Of a stretch of DNA of 61,214 nucleotides, positions 57,260-61,214 are shown piece by piece. The position numbers were made by a program, and so were the translations under genes. The stretch is taken from the sequence record DRR723986_6707; one strand, written 5' to 3'. The notes under the pieces were generated by a model. It was not told the DNA's origin. It was given only the letters and a program-made list of their open reading frames with translations, and did no database searches. Positions within the stretch are counted from its first letter, which is position 1, and the number at the start of each line of letters is the position of its first letter.

Positions 57260-58945
57260 ATGGCCAACGCTGAAGACCAGAACGATCAAAACGTCGCATC
57301 GCGATTGCGCATCGTTGCCAGTCAGCAACCGTCGGACACGGCGATAGCAATTGCCGTTGATCGCTATGAACCAGGTCGAAATCGCAAGTATTCGACTTGT
57401 ACTTTCGCTGAATTGGAGATTCGCACGTCCAGCATCGCGGCGGGTCTGCAGGAGCTCGGCGTGAAACCTGGCATGCGGATCGTGATGCTTGTGAAGTTTG
57501 GGCCTGACTTCATCGCTCTTGTTTTTGCATTGTTAAAAGTTGGTGCAGTAGTTGTTCTTATCGATCCAGGCATGGGTCGCAAAAATCTTGTGCAGTGTTT
57601 GGCTGATTCGGAACCTGACGGATTTGTAGCAATACCTGCTGCACAGGCCATTCGAGCCCTGATGAGGCGGCGTTTTCCAAAGGCGAAGATTAACGTTACG
57701 GTCGGGCCGACATTCGGGATTCTTCCCAAGCCCACACTGAAACAGCTTGAAGGCACTCCATCCTCGCTCTTCAAGCCGCCGGCGATCAAGGACTCTGATC
57801 CGGCTGCGATCATCTTTACTACAGGAAGCACCGGTCCGCCAAAGGGTGTGCTCTACACTCACCAGACGTTCAATAACCAGATCGACCAACTGGTACAGCA
57901 TTACGGGATCCAGCCCGGTGGCGTCGACTTGTCCGGATTTCCGTTATTCGGCTTGTTCAATGCGATGATGGGCACGACAACCATAATCCCGGATATGGAT
58001 CCAACTCGACCGGCTGACGTGGACCCGCAGCGACTGTTGGACGCGGTGGATCAATGGAAAGTGACTCAAGCGTTTGGCTCGCCGGCTCTTTGGACAACTG
58101 TCGGACGTTGGGCCGAAGAGCATCAGCGCACGGTTGGCAGTCTGCGTCGTATCTATTCCGCAGGAGCCCCGGTCGCACCCCACATTCTGCAGCGGATGAG
58201 CGAGGTGATGCAGGGCGAAGGGCAAATGTATACGCCCTACGGTGCCACCGAAGCGCTTCCGGTCGCTTCGATCGAATCGCGTGAAGTCCTCCAGGAGACC
58301 GCTGAGGCTTGTCGTAACGGTGCAGGGACGTGTGTCGGTAGTAGGTTCCCCGGGATCGAATGGAAAATTGTAGAGATCAACGATGGGCCAGCGGAGAGAC
58401 TTAGTGAACTGACTGAGCTACCGCAAGGCGAAATTGGTGAATTGGTTGTTTCCGGACCAGTTGTAACGGAGCAGTACGTTACGCGAACGGATCAAAACCC
58501 GTTGCACAAATTGTCCGACGGTCAGAAAGTCTGGCACCGGATGGGTGACGTCGGCTACTTGGACGACAAGGAACGTTTTTGGTGTTGTGGTCGGAAGTCG
58601 CATCGCATCATCACAGACGATGGCGTGCTCTTTACCGAGACCTGCGAAGCGATCTTTAACAATCATCCAAAGTTGCACCGGTGTGCTCTCGTTGGTGTCG
58701 GTGCTGCTGGCCAGCAGATGCCAGTTCTGGTCGCAGAGCCTTGGCCAGAGCAACGACCTAAGGATACAGTTGCTGAGCAGCAGTTGGTTCAGCAGTTGTT
58801 AGAATTGGGTGGGAAGTTTGACGCGACCAAGACAATAACGAAGGTGCTGGTGTACCCGCAGCGGTTGCCGACGGATATTCGTCACAACTCAAAGATTTTT
58901 CGCGAGCAATTGCGTCCATGGGCCAAGCAGCAACTGGCGAAGTGA
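57260..58945 (+). CDS. oleC: Olefin beta-lactone synthetase OleC (ANL adenylate-forming family)
   Basis: LIDPGMG, FTTGSTGPPKGV, FPLFGLF, TPYGATEALPV, WHRMGDVG, CGRKSHR and OleC-type C-terminus PTDIRHNSKIFRE. Confidence 0.82.
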   Translation: MANAEDQNDQNVASRLRIVASQQPSDTAIAIAVDRYEPGRNRKYSTCTFAELEIRTSSIAAGLQELGVKPGMRIVMLVKFGPDFIALVFALLKVGAVVVLIDPGMGRKNLVQCLADSEPDGFVAIPAAQAIRALMRRRFPKAKINVTVGPTFGILPKPTLKQLEGTPSSLFKPPAIKDSDPAAIIFTTGSTGPPKGVLYTHQTFNNQIDQLVQHYGIQPGGVDLSGFPLFGLFNAMMGTTTIIPDMDPTRPADVDPQRLLDAVDQWKVTQAFGSPALWTTVGRWAEEHQRTVGSLRRIYSAGAPVAPHILQRMSEVMQGEGQMYTPYGATEALPVASIESREVLQETAEACRNGAGTCVGSRFPGIEWKIVEINDGPAERLSELTELPQGEIGELVVSGPVVTEQYVTRTDQNPLHKLSDGQKVWHRMGDVGYLDDKERFWCCGRKSHRIITDDGVLFTETCEAIFNNHPKLHRCALVGVGAAGQQMPVLVAEPWPEQRPKDTVAEQQLVQQLLELGGKFDATKTITKVLVYPQRLPTDIRHNSKIFREQLRPWAKQQLAK

Positions 58946-59079
58946 GCGGTTGCTTCGTCGCTCAGTTGTTTGTTCGTCAGGTTTGTGTTGATGCAAGTTC
59001 GCGTTACGCTAGTGGGGTAGTGTCCGCTCCCGAATTGCAGCCAAGTGTTTACTTTCGCACGTACGACTAAGGTAATTCA

Positions 59080-60423
59080 GTGGATTTGTTTTCCCAAGAA
59101 ACGGAAGCCAACTTGGAATCCAAGCTCCCGCTGGCAGCCAGAATGCGGCCACGGAATCTGGACGAGTTCGCTGGACAACGCCATTTCTTGGCAGAAGGTA
59201 AATTGCTAAGGCGATTGCTCAGCGCGGGGCGATTGAGTTCAATTCTCTTCTACGGACCTCCTGGAACTGGTAAGACCACTTTGGCAAGACTGCTCGCTGG
59301 TGAAACCGGCGGTGAATTCTTGCAAGTTTCGGCGATTACCAGCGGTGTGAAGGATCTGCGAGAAATACTGGCCAAGGCCCGTGACGATGTTGCATCCGGA
59401 GGCGAACGGCCCATCTTGTTTGTTGATGAGATTCACCGGTTTAATCGTTCGCAACAGGATGCGCTCCTGCCGGACGTCGAAGAGGGCGTCGTGACTCTGG
59501 TCGGCGCGACCACCAGCAATCCTTACTTTGCGATCAATGGAGCCCTGCTCAGCCGTAGTCAGGTGTTCCAGTTTGAACCGCTGTCTGAAGATGATTTGCT
59601 GATCGTATTGAAGCGAGCGCTGGCTGATTCTGCGCGTGGATTGGGGAAGACTGACACCATAGTCGCCCCCGGTGCGCTTGAGTACTTGGCGACAGCCGTT
59701 GAAGGCGACGCGCGTCGAGCGCTTGGAGTCCTTGAGGTTGCTGTACTTTCGGCCAAGAGCGATGGGACTGTACAGATCGACGAAGATCTTCTTCGCGAAT
59801 CGATGCAGCAGAAGACGATTCAGTACGACCGCTCTGGGGATGAGCACTACGATGTATCCAGTGCGCTGATCAAGAGCATTCGTGGCAGCGATCCCGACGC
59901 GGCGCTCTACTGGCTGGCACGAATGTTGGAGGCCGGCGAGGATGTGCGTTTCATCTGCCGGCGGTTGGTGATTTTGGCCAGCGAGGATATCGGGAACGCT
60001 GATCCCGCTGCGCTGCAAATGGCCGTTGCTGCCATGCAGGCATGTGAGTTCGTTGGACTTCCCGAGTGTCAGTTGACGCTCTCGCAAACAGTTATCTATC
60101 TTGCGCTTGCCCAGAAGAGTAACGCGGCAACGCTGGCGATTGGCCTGGCCCGAAAGGAAGTTCGTGAAGGTGCTGCCATTCCGGTTCCGCGCCATCTTCG
60201 CGATGGGCACTACGCAGGCGCCGCTGAACTGGGCAACGCGACCACATATGAGTATTCGCACAACTCAGCAGATGGGGTAGCCGATCAGGACTACTTGGGG
60301 GTAGAGAGACACTTCTTCGAGCCGACAAATCGTGGTTGGGAGGGTCAGCAGAATAGTAGGCTTCAGGAATTGCGAAGCCGATTTCGCAGCGCCAAGTTTG
60401 CCGAAGAAGGTGCCGACGATTAG
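59080..60423 (+). CDS. rarA: Replication-associated recombination protein A (RarA/MgsA)
   Basis: PLAARMRP, GPPGTGKTT, FVDEIHRFN, GATTSNP, GDAR, HYD..SALIKSIRGSDPDAALYWLARM, ASEDIGNADP. Confidence 0.96.
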   Translation: MDLFSQETEANLESKLPLAARMRPRNLDEFAGQRHFLAEGKLLRRLLSAGRLSSILFYGPPGTGKTTLARLLAGETGGEFLQVSAITSGVKDLREILAKARDDVASGGERPILFVDEIHRFNRSQQDALLPDVEEGVVTLVGATTSNPYFAINGALLSRSQVFQFEPLSEDDLLIVLKRALADSARGLGKTDTIVAPGALEYLATAVEGDARRALGVLEVAVLSAKSDGTVQIDEDLLRESMQQKTIQYDRSGDEHYDVSSALIKSIRGSDPDAALYWLARMLEAGEDVRFICRRLVILASEDIGNADPAALQMAVAAMQACEFVGLPECQLTLSQTVIYLALAQKSNAATLAIGLARKEVREGAAIPVPRHLRDGHYAGAAELGNATTYEYSHNSADGVADQDYLGVERHFFEPTNRGWEGQQNSRLQELRSRFRSAKFAEEGADD

Positions 60424-60535
60424 TCAGCGAGAATTTTGAGATTTTGGCGGTCGCTTCTGGATTAAGCGGGGTTGAGAAGTATTCCGGGCAAGTGCGTCCG
60501 ACTACATCCGTTTCTCGACTCATCTGCCAAGCTCT

Positions 60536-61214
60536 ATGGATTTCCTCCCATCATCCAACGTGGTTGTGATCGAGAATTGCGGTTCTAGTGGACGTACGAC
60601 AAGTCGGCTAACGGCGTTGGGCATAAATCACAAGACGGTCCACTCGTCGGACGAGGCGATTGCCCTATCGGAGCAGTCGAACCTTGAGCTAGCCATTATT
60701 GATTTAGAGCTGGAACATAAATCGGTAGCTGCAGTTGTGAAGCGTATTCGCGCTAAGAATCCGGCGACAGCTATTTTGGTCGTTGCCGGTGGCGACCAGC
60801 AGCAAGATTTGTTTGTAGCGTTGGAAGCCGGGGCCGACGATTTTCTTAGTCCAACGACCGACAACTCGGAGCTATTGCTGCGTTCGCAAGTTGCGATCTT
60901 CCGATCCCGAAACCGCCCTGTCACCGTCTTAGAAGTTGACGACCTTCAGCTTGACCTGGAGAAGCGTCGAGTCACCCGCGGCAGCAAGGTTATTTCACTC
61001 ACGCCGACCGAATTGAGAATCCTAGAGATTCTAATGAAGAACCAGCCGCTGGTGGTTTCACGCGACATGCTATGTGAATTCTTGTGGAGTCCAAACTGGG
61101 AAGGTGTGACCAACGTTATTGAAGTACATATCAACCGTTTGCGCCGGAAAGTCGAGCAGTCTGATCGCCCTCGGTTAATCAAGACGGTGCGTGGTCGCGG
61201 TTATACGATCGGTG
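60536..61214 (+). CDS. OmpR/PhoB-family response regulator with atypical receiver; 3' end runs off the window
   Basis: Hand translation from ATG 60536: MDFLPSSNVVVIEN...LAIIDLEL...LEAGADDFL...LTPTELRILEILM...VSRDML...NVIEVHINRLRRKV...IKTVRGRGY. Not in the ORF track. Confidence 0.9.
   Translation, partial: MDFLPSSNVVVIENCGSSGRTTSRLTALGINHKTVHSSDEAIALSEQSNLELAIIDLELEHKSVAAVVKRIRAKNPATAILVVAGGDQQQDLFVALEAGADDFLSPTTDNSELLLRSQVAIFRSRNRPVTVLEVDDLQLDLEKRRVTRGSKVISLTPTELRILEILMKNQPLVVSRDMLCEFLWSPNWEGVTNVIEVHINRLRRKVEQSDRPRLIKTVRGRGYTIG

Noticed and set aside
59239-60261. 340-aa antisense ORF inside rarA, and similar ones such as 3660-4223, 30257-31099 and 18497-19228
   Set aside because: They are shadow frames opposite well-supported genes and carry no recognisable motifs.

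Overview
A gene-dense window from what looks like a planctomycete chromosome (Pirellulales-like). This is inferred from the DUF1559 prepilin-like gene, DUF1080 protein, sulfatase, Hanks kinase-ECF sigma pair and the H4MPT gene mch. Left to right it holds: a >1450-aa Ser/Thr kinase that the ORF track missed, divergent from an ECF sigma factor; a Wadjet-I/Mks-like jetABC operon with no jetD in the window; a sulfatase and a second kinase; cytochrome c, DUF1080, a membrane protein and an ABC ATPase; a DUF1559 gene between two GTAG-type REP-like palindromes; an aldolase and an aminotransferase; a MotA/TolQ/ExbB operon with two unlike ExbD-like partners; a membrane-anchored HTH protein with an acidic repeat region; a candidate rod-shaped ncRNA; a fused CcsBA cytochrome c synthase with an upstream lipoprotein; a DMT transporter; four minor (pseudo)pilins; hppA; hpnCDE divergent from ispH; pyrB plus an apparently inactive pyrC'; two hypothetical proteins; a candidate sRNA or attenuator; mch, a RimK-like ligase and oleC; rarA; and an atypical OmpR-family regulator running off the right edge. 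I saw no CRISPR array, rRNA, tRNA or transposase. The strongest candidates for undescribed biology are the 24.4-32.1 kb motor-like/HTH cluster, the jetABC operon without jetD, and the two candidate ncRNAs. All family calls come from motif reading by eye, not database searches.
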